Position numbers and translations under genes: made by a program | Source of the DNA: a virus | Strand: one strand, 5' to 3' | Length of the DNA stretch: 64,000 nucleotides | Virus record (IMG/VR): IMGVR_UViG_3300025168_000033 | Span: 102,533 to 166,532 of that record | Shown here: positions 41,873 to 50,715 of the stretch, one piece after another | How the letters are laid out: every line of letters begins with the position of its first letter | Numbering within the stretch: the first letter of the stretch is position 1 | The notes under the pieces: generated by a model | Told to the model about the DNA's origin: nothing | The model's input: only the letters and a program-made list of their open reading frames with translations | The model's database searches: none

Positions 41873-42772
41873 CTATAGTAGATAAGGAGTAATGTTAATA
41901 TCATCACTTAAAGTAAGCCCCCACGGATATGTAACAGTTAATGTAATATGCATATATGCATACTGAGAAATAATTGCGTTACCAGTTAAAGATCCATTTA
42001 ACGATAATGTCGGTGTTAACGATCTAGAATTAGATATTATCAATTTATCATTTTGTAAATTAAGTGGGTACGGTGGCGTAGCATCAGTTATTGTCCATAA
42101 AACTGTAGTACCCGGAAAACCTGTATGAGTAGCACCTGTAAGATTTAGCGGAAAATCACTTAAATATAATTTACCTGCTGCTGGCCAACCAAGCCAATTA
42201 CTTCCCGGACCAGCATAAACACCAGCTTCTACCGGATCAATGTCTGGATATATCACTGTTGGTGTTGAAAGAGCTTTATCATTTTTACAGTTATAATGTT
42301 TATCAACATAACAAGCATTAACATAGCATTCATTCATTAAATCTACAGTAGCCTTTAAGTCACTTATATATTTCTTGAATATTGAAATTAATTGTTTTTT
42401 GAATCTTTCAATTTCTTCAGAATAAAATGATTTATTTAAACCATTATATCTAACTCTATCAGAAATTCTAATAGTTCCATCAATATCGGATAATTTAAAT
42501 TCATTAAAAAATGGTAAATTGTTATTTGTAATAAGAACTTCGGCTATTAACGAAAGATCACCATACATACATTTACGAGCATTTTTTGATAACAATACAT
42601 CAGGATATCGAGAAGACATTCCTTCAACTGAAGCTATTGTTTCAGTATATTTCTCACCCTTAATATATCTTGTGAATTTTAATTTAATATTTTTTGAACT
42701 AAAATTCTGTTTACGTTTTAAGGATAGTAAGAAATCTTGATTAAATTTAACGATGTTTATATCCGCGCTCAT
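41873..42772 (-). CDS. Hypothetical protein (late), C-terminal Ig/PKD-like region
   Basis: 299 aa, preceded by GATATATAA; ends ITLTVTYPWG. Confidence 0.55.
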   Translation of the reverse strand: MSADINIVKFNQDFLLSLKRKQNFSSKNIKLKFTRYIKGEKYTETIASVEGMSSRYPDVLLSKNARKCMYGDLSLIAEVLITNNNLPFFNEFKLSDIDGTIRISDRVRYNGLNKSFYSEEIERFKKQLISIFKKYISDLKATVDLMNECYVNACYVDKHYNCKNDKALSTPTVIYPDIDPVEAGVYAGPGSNWLGWPAAGKLYLSDFPLNLTGATHTGFPGTTVLWTITDATPPYPLNLQNDKLIISNSRSLTPTLSLNGSLTGNAIISQYAYMHITLTVTYPWGLTLSDDINITPYLL

Positions 42773-42834
42773 AGAATCTATGATTTTATTTATATATCAT
42801 AGATTCTAATCAGCTATTTTCAATAAAACTTATA

Positions 42835-43323
42835 TTAAATCCACGGAGATGTAGATTTATCAAATGACAATTCTACTAAAGTTTCCATGTTACCTACACT
42901 TACTCCAGCAGTTTTAAACATGCCAAAATGAGACTGATCTCTGTAATCATCAATCCAATATACATGCTTGAATCCAGAATTAATTAAAACCTTAGAACAC
43001 ATTTTACAAGGACTTAATGTTAATAGAACAATATAATTTTCAGGATCCTTTTCTTGGAATTTTGCAATCATATTAATTTCTGCATGAATAAATCCACTGC
43101 ATCCAGGATCCAGTGATTCTTCTTCAGTTCCAGTTTCTTCCTTTATAGTGTCGCCTTTAAACGATCCGTTATAGCCAAATGACGCTATTCTACTAAAGTC
43201 ATTTCTTAATGCCATGCATCCAACTTTTACTGTTGTTGCTGTAGATAGATTTGCAATCTGCTTTACTATTGTTGCATAGGTTGCAAGCTTATGAGATTTT
43301 CTTTTTATTTTTTCAATATCCAT
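42835..43323 (-). CDS. dCMP deaminase family protein
   Basis: KVGC, GYNG, HAEIN and TLSPCKMCSK motifs. Confidence 0.9.
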   Translation of the reverse strand: MDIEKIKRKSHKLATYATIVKQIANLSTATTVKVGCMALRNDFSRIASFGYNGSFKGDTIKEETGTEEESLDPGCSGFIHAEINMIAKFQEKDPENYIVLLTLSPCKMCSKVLINSGFKHVYWIDDYRDQSHFGMFKTAGVSVGNMETLVELSFDKSTSPWI

Positions 43324-43556
43324 TTTCTATTTTTTACGTCCAATTCACCATTACCATATTTAATATCTAGTTCTTCTTTGAATTTATCATCAAGTTCTCT
43401 AAGTGTATTTATTCTATCTATTAATAAGTCTTTTTCTTGATGTAAACTTTCAATATCTTTTAATACAAGATCAAGGCTATTATGAAGTTCTTTATAAGAA
43501 TTCAAAAATACATCTATCTTCATTTCATCTAATTCATCGAGATTATATTCTTTCAT
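43305..43556 (-). CDS. Small coiled-coil protein
   Basis: 83 aa, overlaps both neighbours. Confidence 0.55.
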   Translation of the reverse strand: MKEYNLDELDEMKIDVFLNSYKELHNSLDLVLKDIESLHQEKDLLIDRINTLRELDDKFKEELDIKYGNGELDVKNRKWILKK

Positions 43557-45157
43557 TTTAAATATTTTGTAAGTAATTGCATTCCGTAAAAATAAGAAGC
43601 AATAACCTTGTTAGGATTATTTTTAATGTAATAAGGCAATTTAAGCCAGATCAAACCAACTAATATTTTCACATCAATATCATCAGTAATTTTATCTAGA
43701 TCCTGACCTTCAATATCAAATTTAATTTCATCACCATCAATTTTAAATTTAAAGTTTTTGTCTAGATTAAAATGTGAATATCCAGACAAGCCATAAGCAA
43801 ATTTAGCATGATCATAATTAGTATCGCCATAGAAATTAGAATTCCCAAATCGACCACGTGGATCAATGAATTTTACTTCATGATAATATGATTCCATAGT
43901 TTGCCAATCCAATGTAAATTGATGTTCTATTCTTTTAGCCATGATATTTGACGAATTAGGATCGCCATGAATCAATCCCCAGTTATAGGTTTTAGATTTC
44001 AAATACATCAATAATTTATCCATCATTGAATAGAAATCACCTATTAAAACACCGTTAACTCGTGTAATATTCTTTGGAATCAAATATTCAATCTTGCTAT
44101 ATCTTTCAATAGGAACACGATAATATTCTTCAAATATATCAGCATTGAATTTTACCTTTTCAATATTAGATTCAGATAATTTTTCAATTGCTTCAAATAC
44201 GTCCGATGTCAATTTTGAATCTTCTGGCATTTCATGAATAGTTTGATATCCAGTAGTTTTAAGATTTTCCATTTCAATGCAATCCATATCAGCATTTAAA
44301 ATTTTAGGAAATGATTCACTTGAATTTTTAATTGCATGACAATAAAAATTAGATTCATGTTGCATAACCCTTTTACCGTAATCCGATATAGATTTTTTAT
44401 AGACTATAGATTCAGTAAATACAATATCATTAAACCATCGTTGTTCTACAGATTGAGATTCTAGATATTTTTCATATTTAGGAATATCACCTATATCGTC
44501 AATTGAAATTATGGATTCAGAAATAAATCTTCCCCAGCTATCGTAAGATCCAGTAGGATATTTTTCAATTGCATACATTAAATAATCTACAAAATCTATT
44601 TCATTATCGTCATTAATTACTAAGCTATAAAAGTCTTCAATAGATTTTATTTCTAATTCTTTATATTTGTAAAGACCCATGATATTTCCTTCATGACCAG
44701 GAGAATATTTTATTGTATTATCTTCAAGTCCATATCTATGAACTTTATTAGAATCAGTATAAACCTGAATCATTGCATTTTCAATATCAGCTAGCTTAGA
44801 TTTTTGATGAGGAACAATATCAGACCAGCTTAAAAATACATCTTTTAAATATTCTGGATGCTGATTTAATATCCAGTAGATAGTTCTAAAAGTACCATCA
44901 GTCTTTGGATAATATGCAAGTTTAATATTTCTATTTGAATGAAATACGTTCAAGTATTTTTGTATCATATTAACATAAGATTCCTCACTTAATACAATCA
45001 TCATTTCCTGTACTTCTTCATTTTCAAACCAGTATTCAACTAATTTATCAAGCATGGTTTGATTGCCAAGACTAAGAAGCAATTTAGGATATTGACCTTG
45101 AGTATATGTATGTAAACGACTACCTAATCCACCTGCAAGTATTAATGCTTTTGTCAT
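43553..45157 (-). CDS. Nucleotidyltransferase fused to APH/choline-kinase-like sugar kinase
   Basis: ALILAGGLGSRL...PKLLL (NTP transferase); LIHGDPNSSNI and FIDPRG (kinase). Confidence 0.85.
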   Translation of the reverse strand: MTKALILAGGLGSRLHTYTQGQYPKLLLSLGNQTMLDKLVEYWFENEEVQEMMIVLSEESYVNMIQKYLNVFHSNRNIKLAYYPKTDGTFRTIYWILNQHPEYLKDVFLSWSDIVPHQKSKLADIENAMIQVYTDSNKVHRYGLEDNTIKYSPGHEGNIMGLYKYKELEIKSIEDFYSLVINDDNEIDFVDYLMYAIEKYPTGSYDSWGRFISESIISIDDIGDIPKYEKYLESQSVEQRWFNDIVFTESIVYKKSISDYGKRVMQHESNFYCHAIKNSSESFPKILNADMDCIEMENLKTTGYQTIHEMPEDSKLTSDVFEAIEKLSESNIEKVKFNADIFEEYYRVPIERYSKIEYLIPKNITRVNGVLIGDFYSMMDKLLMYLKSKTYNWGLIHGDPNSSNIMAKRIEHQFTLDWQTMESYYHEVKFIDPRGRFGNSNFYGDTNYDHAKFAYGLSGYSHFNLDKNFKFKIDGDEIKFDIEGQDLDKITDDIDVKILVGLIWLKLPYYIKNNPNKVIASYFYGMQLLTKYLK

Positions 45158-45161
45158 CTTA

Positions 45162-45779
45162 TTATTTGTTTATTGTTTTTCCAATCGATCCACCTGGATG
45201 ATTGATTCCAAAATGTTCTTGTGTAAATTTTAAATCCTGTGATGCAGCTACACCAACAATATCACCAACCATTTGTATAGTTAATGCTGATATAGTAGGA
45301 ACCATATTATGCGGATCCAGTTCTTCGCCTATATGTAAATGAATTACTTTATCACAATATAAATCAAAGAAATTATGTTTTTGTGAACAATCGATTCCCC
45401 ATACAGTTACATTAAAATGTTCCTTGTTATTATCGATATGTTGAAGTGTATTTATTAATTCAGCAGTATTTCCTGACTTAGATTGACATATTAATATGTC
45501 GCCTGGATTTAAGATTCCTAGATCACCATGTACCGCATGTACAGCATCCATAAAGAAAGATGGAATTCCTAGTGATGAAAATGATGCAGCTAATTTTTGA
45601 GCAGCATACACATTTTTTCCTATTCCTGTGAAAATAACTTTTCTGCCATTGATTTTTGCATCAACTACATCTTTAGTTAATTCACGAATTAAATTCATAG
45701 TATCTGTATTCGCTATAGAATTTAAACTTTGATTAAGACTACTTGTTCCTTTACGTATAATTGCTTCGATTCTTTCCAT
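45162..45779 (-). CDS. kdsD: SIS-domain sugar-phosphate isomerase (arabinose-5-phosphate isomerase KdsD/GutQ-like, no CBS domains)
   Basis: VIFTGIGKN..AQKLAASFSSLGIPSFF, AVHGDLG, SKSGNTAEL, PTIS, NHPGGSIG. Confidence 0.85.
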   Translation of the reverse strand: MERIEAIIRKGTSSLNQSLNSIANTDTMNLIRELTKDVVDAKINGRKVIFTGIGKNVYAAQKLAASFSSLGIPSFFMDAVHAVHGDLGILNPGDILICQSKSGNTAELINTLQHIDNNKEHFNVTVWGIDCSQKHNFFDLYCDKVIHLHIGEELDPHNMVPTISALTIQMVGDIVGVAASQDLKFTQEHFGINHPGGSIGKTINK

Positions 45780-47407
45780 TAATAAATTAAAGTTTGTATA
45801 TAGTTATTATTCTTATTTTGTTTTAATGTTTCAAATGCTATGCAATCCGATGAAATAAAATTTACAATTTTAGGACACAATATAGACATTTCAATTAATG
45901 ATTGATGTAGTACTTCTTCGGGATTTTCATAAATCGGTATTGTCATATTTTCATGATTTACAATTTCATTAAGAACACTAAAGTATAATGACTTTTTATT
46001 GATATTCAAATCACTAGCAATATTTATAATTTCAACATTATCTGGTGTTTTTTCGATTATGCTAGCATCGTTTGGATTAGTTATAAGAATTGCATATTTA
46101 CCTGAAGCACTAAATAATCGCTTAACGATTCCATCAAAATTATAGCAAGGATCTGAAAGCCTAAATGGCATGAAAAAGACATGATCAAATTTATTAGAAG
46201 CTTCTTTAATTATTGATGTAATTTTATTTGTTTCTTCTGTCGTTAATAATGACTTAAAGAATTCCTGTTGAATTTTCAAGAACTTACTATTTGAAATATT
46301 ATCATCAACAATTACGTTTGCATCAATAGTTAAATACTCTTCATTATCTGAATTATGTTTCATGAAATCTTTTTGATTCTCGTTTAATACAAATATTTGA
46401 TTTTCTGTATTTATTGCCCTTTCATATTGAGCATTAAAAAATGAATCTATAAACCATCTTTCAATATTGAAGTTTTGTGAGATATTAAAATTGTAATATC
46501 CATGATTGTGTTTAGATAAATCAATTCCTTCAAAGTCTGATATAACAGCATCATAAGAGTTACTTGCGCCATATTTACCATTGAACAATTTTCTATTTTC
46601 ATAAGCATTAATACCATAATCAATAGGTATAAATGTAATTCTATCAGCAAACGTAGGTCTAACAAATTTTAAAAGAATTTCCATTTGATCCTCGTCAATA
46701 TTTTTAGGTATTGTTATATCAAATTGTGACCATGAATTAGATTCACATATTCCATAAATTCTATGTAACGTTAAATTCAAGTTGCCATCCAATAATGGAT
46801 TGTAAGTTTCATCAGAATGATTACGCATTGAATATTGCTGAATAAACAAAATCTTATTAAATCTACGATCAATAAAGGTTTCTACAAATGATGCTTGATG
46901 TGATTTTTTTACTATTGTATCTGCAATTCTATCGAGAGGAATATCAATAAATACAAATTTGGATAAAACATGTAAAGCCATATCCATAAAGAAATAATCC
47001 GACGTATTATATTTACTTTTAAAATCTAAATGCGGCGTAAATATGCTATGAGCATTTGCTGTTGTAATAGCATAAGTATTTCTAAAGACATCAATATCAT
47101 AAATATCGTCACCAACATAAATACATTCATCAAGATTAAATTTAGCTTTTAATGTTGATAATTTTTTATGTGATTTAACAAATAATATTTCTGTAATTTT
47201 AAGATTTTTACAGAATCTTTGAGTTATAGCCTGTCCATTTTTAGTGCTATCACCTGTAATAATGTATATGTCAAATCTATTATCTACTAGAATATCTACC
47301 GCATGTCTGATACCCCAAGGGAAGGTTTTTAAAGCCTTCCCGTGTTCATCATAAATCATGTTCGATGCAAATACACCATCGAAATCCATAATAATTTTGT
47401 TTCTCAT
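45779..47407 (-). CDS. KdsC-like HAD phosphatase fused to an uncharacterised ~370-aa domain (candidate glycosyltransferase)
   Basis: MDFDGVF, IITG, YVGDDIYD HAD motifs; C-terminal domain has QYSMR..DGNLN and PFRLSD motifs, with function inferred from context only. Confidence 0.65.
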   Translation of the reverse strand: MRNKIIMDFDGVFASNMIYDEHGKALKTFPWGIRHAVDILVDNRFDIYIITGDSTKNGQAITQRFCKNLKITEILFVKSHKKLSTLKAKFNLDECIYVGDDIYDIDVFRNTYAITTANAHSIFTPHLDFKSKYNTSDYFFMDMALHVLSKFVFIDIPLDRIADTIVKKSHQASFVETFIDRRFNKILFIQQYSMRNHSDETYNPLLDGNLNLTLHRIYGICESNSWSQFDITIPKNIDEDQMEILLKFVRPTFADRITFIPIDYGINAYENRKLFNGKYGASNSYDAVISDFEGIDLSKHNHGYYNFNISQNFNIERWFIDSFFNAQYERAINTENQIFVLNENQKDFMKHNSDNEEYLTIDANVIVDDNISNSKFLKIQQEFFKSLLTTEETNKITSIIKEASNKFDHVFFMPFRLSDPCYNFDGIVKRLFSASGKYAILITNPNDASIIEKTPDNVEIINIASDLNINKKSLYFSVLNEIVNHENMTIPIYENPEEVLHQSLIEMSILCPKIVNFISSDCIAFETLKQNKNNNYIQTLIY

Positions 47408-47937
47408 ATTTTATCTTTTATAATGTTGTATACAGTTTTTAAATCGTTTACCGATGTATCTATAACTTCAATATTTATTTTAGGTACTTGATGTTGAATT
47501 TCAAATATATGAGATGCAAATAAATATTGCATATCAGTATATTCGGTTGAAGTTAATTTGACTTTATTTTTAGGACCGCGATTTAAATAATCTCTATGAG
47601 TATTTTTTAAATAGAACATTGTAATTTCATTATCTTTAGAAAGTTCCTTAACATATTCAATATCCATATATGTCTTTCTTTTAAATTGTTCCGAATAAAC
47701 AAATTCACTTAAAAAGAATCTATCAAATATGTAAGTATCGTTAGGAATAATTTTTAGAAATTTTTGCGTGAAATTATGTATGCCTTCGTAAAATATTCCA
47801 AGATGTTCAAATGGAATATCATCAGGTTGTTTCTTGCCTGGCTTTACAAAAGTGCCAATATTATCGCGATGAAGTATTTCTATTAATGTTGTTTTTCCAC
47901 AACGTTCAATACCTTCAAGTATAATTAATTTAGCCAT
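47404..47937 (-). CDS. Thymidylate kinase-like dNMP kinase
   Basis: IILEGIERCGKTT P-loop; IFDRFFLSEFVY. Confidence 0.85.
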   Translation of the reverse strand: MAKLIILEGIERCGKTTLIEILHRDNIGTFVKPGKKQPDDIPFEHLGIFYEGIHNFTQKFLKIIPNDTYIFDRFFLSEFVYSEQFKRKTYMDIEYVKELSKDNEITMFYLKNTHRDYLNRGPKNKVKLTSTEYTDMQYLFASHIFEIQHQVPKINIEVIDTSVNDLKTVYNIIKDKI

Positions 47938-48632
47938 TAAATAATGTTAAGAGATTCTAAATATTCTTCATCACGTTCAAATACATGTGCGGATACAACT
48001 GATGACATAAATGTTCCGACTTCGATATTTAATTGTTTTGCTATTTCACATTGAAATCTACCCCATATATACATATCAAGCTTTAAGACTTGTGCCATAT
48101 TTTGTGATCGCATATGTAAGTGCATATTTAATTTATTTTCACGAATTGATAGCGTAGCAGAATCACAACATGGAAATTCTAATGATTCATCTTTATCAAG
48201 TAATTGCAAATCATCACTAGACAAAATAGAAATTACCGCACGTCGGCTATTAGGATTGTCCTTTAATTCTTTGAGAATTATTGGTAGTTGTGAAACAATT
48301 CTAGGACCATAAAACGTATTAAAATTTGCAGGCAAATCAGGATTTTCAGGCTTCTTTAAAAATCTAGCAACCTGAGGATAGTCTTTTAAAACCGATTCAG
48401 TATCAGTGGATCCACTTATCATCCAGTCATAGAAATTAACAGCATATCCATAGTCAATACGACCTATATCTTCATCTTTAAAAATATATGATGTTGGATC
48501 GTTTACTAGATATGTTAGTCCTTGAATTTCACGCATGTCACCTATGCGCGAATCAGTTTTATAATCCGGTTGTATCCAGATTTCAGAAATAGTATCTACA
48601 AAAGCTTCTTGAAATGTATTGACTGCTATCAT
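47937..48632 (-). CDS. Thymidylate synthase-fold dCMP-modifying enzyme (hydroxymethylase/hydroxylase-like)
   Basis: YGPRI, SRRAVI, FPCC, MRSQN, KLDMY (Asp at the pyrimidine-specificity site), SAHVFE. Confidence 0.8.
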   Translation of the reverse strand: MIAVNTFQEAFVDTISEIWIQPDYKTDSRIGDMREIQGLTYLVNDPTSYIFKDEDIGRIDYGYAVNFYDWMISGSTDTESVLKDYPQVARFLKKPENPDLPANFNTFYGPRIVSQLPIILKELKDNPNSRRAVISILSSDDLQLLDKDESLEFPCCDSATLSIRENKLNMHLHMRSQNMAQVLKLDMYIWGRFQCEIAKQLNIEVGTFMSSVVSAHVFERDEEYLESLNII

Positions 48633-48644
48633 ATATGTTTATTT

Positions 48645-48674
48645 TTTATATTACTATTTTGTTACATTGTTTCA
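48645..48674 (-). promoter_or_regulatory. Class II promoter (heads the DNA-modification operon)
   Basis: TGAAAC AATGTAACAAAATAG TAATATAAA. Confidence 0.7.
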
Positions 48675-49457
48675 TATTGATTTCTTAATTGTATTCCGTA
48701 ATTGACAATGTTCTGATATTAACATCTCATCATTAAATTCGTCAATATTACTTGACCAGAATATACGACCATATATTTCTCTATTATCAATATATTGCTT
48801 GATTTCGTTTTTACGTAAATTATCCGAGAATATTACATATTCATATCTTCCACTATTATCATCATATACAATTTTATCTAATGCTTTATTTGCTATATAA
48901 TATGTACAATGAACTACAGGCACTTCAATAAGACCTTTACAGGTTTGATTCAATATATAATGATATTCAGGCGATTCTTTAAAATATCCATTCTGGTCTA
49001 TCGATGAATGATAGTTTGAATATAGATTCGGTGTTTTTAAAAGTGGAGCAACAACATCAAATCCGGTAGACCTAATCGCGTTAATTGTATGCGGCAAGCA
49101 AATATTATCACAATCGGCTATGAAATAATCAGCACCTTCGCTTAATGCAAAGTCACATGAATTCTGCCTAATCTTTCCTAAGATTTTAAATCTATTTACA
49201 TTCCAATCATGATTGCCGGTAGATATTAAATTAGAGTCTATAGATGAATCATCTAAATATATCTTATATTTCCATTTATACTTTTTATAGAAGTCACGTA
49301 ACACCTCCGAGGTATCATCATTATTATCGTTTGTTCGTATATAAAAAATTGTATCTGATGATATTTCAGTTTGAGCTAATAAACTATCCAGATAAAACGG
49401 CAATATATGTCCGACTGATTTTGCCAGAATTGCTATTACTAAAGGTTTCTTTTTCAT
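48672..49457 (-). CDS. GT-A glycosyltransferase resembling the collagen galactosyltransferase/PLOD GT domain
   Basis: IRTNDNNDDT, YFIADCDN (DxD), VVAPLL, YSNY, EVPVVHCTYYI, YIDNREIYG. Confidence 0.7.
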   Translation of the reverse strand: MKKKPLVIAILAKSVGHILPFYLDSLLAQTEISSDTIFYIRTNDNNDDTSEVLRDFYKKYKWKYKIYLDDSSIDSNLISTGNHDWNVNRFKILGKIRQNSCDFALSEGADYFIADCDNICLPHTINAIRSTGFDVVAPLLKTPNLYSNYHSSIDQNGYFKESPEYHYILNQTCKGLIEVPVVHCTYYIANKALDKIVYDDNSGRYEYVIFSDNLRKNEIKQYIDNREIYGRIFWSSNIDEFNDEMLISEHCQLRNTIKKSI

Positions 49458-49458
49458 G

Positions 49459-50700
49459 TTAAAATAATGAATTAGTCTCTACTGCAGGTAAACAAAATTT
49501 ATTGTAATTTTCTGGCTTTACAATCTCATCAATCATTGCATACCATTTATTAGGAAAGTCGTTAACGTGTAATTTATCAAATATTCCTTTTTGAATTTGT
49601 TTCCTAAATTCTAGATCTTCTGGAATTTCATTTATTATATCTAGTAACGTATCCGGATTATCATTCAATAAATCTACGTTATATGAATAATGTGAAATGT
49701 CTTTTAGGATAGTTTCTGCTGGATATTTATTTTCAAAATCATTTGAAAATGCAAGAACAGATGGAACTCCAAGTTCACCAACTTCTAGCATTGTTATTGG
49801 ACCTGTTTCCTTATAAGATCCGCTAATAAATGCTTTACAGTTTGCAGCAATTTTAAACATTTCATCACGCGGCATACCAACATGCACTTTAACATGTTCA
49901 TACAATTTTTCCTGTTTTAATATTCTATTAAGAATTGCATCCGCAGCATAATCATTGTGCTTAGTAAAAATATGGATATCACCACCTTTATAATCTGTCA
50001 AAAATTTCAATGTTTCTGGAATTCTTTTCATCTTATCTGTACGGCCTATCATCATAATATCACCAGTAGAACTTTTAACTTCTTGCTTAGGATTTTCAAA
50101 GCAGAAACTAAAGAATCCATTATTGAAATCTACAAACGGAATAGGAATAGGTGGTATTTTCTTGGCTTCCATAGTATATGTAGCCTTAGCAAAATCCGAG
50201 TTAGTCATCATAACAGTATTAACTCTACCGGGTGCTGTAGCTCTATAATTATCATGATCTAGATACCAATCTTTCATTCCAGGAAATGGGCATTCAACAA
50301 GTGCAATTTGTGCACTCATATGAAAAATATTGATGATATTTAATTTCTTGTTGCAGCTATATGGCATCAAGGTTTTACACATGTTATTCATCTTTTTACC
50401 GTCAGTAAATGCGTGATTAACTAAAACATCTATTCGTCTATCGACAATAATCTGTTGAATTTCTGGACCGATTCTAGATATTCTGCCTTTCTTACCGCAT
50501 AGAATTGAAGTAACAATATGATTTTCATGAATCTTAGGAGAATCCTTAGTTTCATGTGTGAATGAATATAGATAATGATTATTGTCAGTATTGTCATTGA
50601 CTAAGGCTTCCCACCAGGCAAGACAGACCCTTTCGGATCCGCCTGCTACTTTATTAATTTCAACTGGGCCTCGTGGTAAAAATACATGTAGATAATTCAT
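49459..50700 (-). CDS. GT-B (GT4-like) glycosyltransferase
   Basis: GGSERV, IGRTDKMK, ETGPITMLEVGELGVPSV (EX7E). Confidence 0.8.
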   Translation of the reverse strand: MNYLHVFLPRGPVEINKVAGGSERVCLAWWEALVNDNTDNNHYLYSFTHETKDSPKIHENHIVTSILCGKKGRISRIGPEIQQIIVDRRIDVLVNHAFTDGKKMNNMCKTLMPYSCNKKLNIINIFHMSAQIALVECPFPGMKDWYLDHDNYRATAPGRVNTVMMTNSDFAKATYTMEAKKIPPIPIPFVDFNNGFFSFCFENPKQEVKSSTGDIMMIGRTDKMKRIPETLKFLTDYKGGDIHIFTKHNDYAADAILNRILKQEKLYEHVKVHVGMPRDEMFKIAANCKAFISGSYKETGPITMLEVGELGVPSVLAFSNDFENKYPAETILKDISHYSYNVDLLNDNPDTLLDIINEIPEDLEFRKQIQKGIFDKLHVNDFPNKWYAMIDEIVKPENYNKFCLPAVETNSLF

Positions 50701-50715
50701 AGGTTGCGATTTAAA

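Noticed and set aside
468-46665. Short minus-strand ORFs nested in long genes (468, 3536, 8029, 17315, 30831, 39974, 46447)
   Set aside because: They are out-of-frame overlaps inside well-supported ORFs.
45162-47407. KDO/LPS biosynthesis (kdsD plus kdsC)
   Set aside because: No KdsA or KdsB in the window, and the genes are coupled to a TS-fold enzyme and dNMP kinase, so DNA modification fits better. Not fully excluded.
47937-48632. Canonical thymidylate synthase thyA
   Set aside because: Asp replaces the dUMP-selecting Asn and the RSxD motif is altered.
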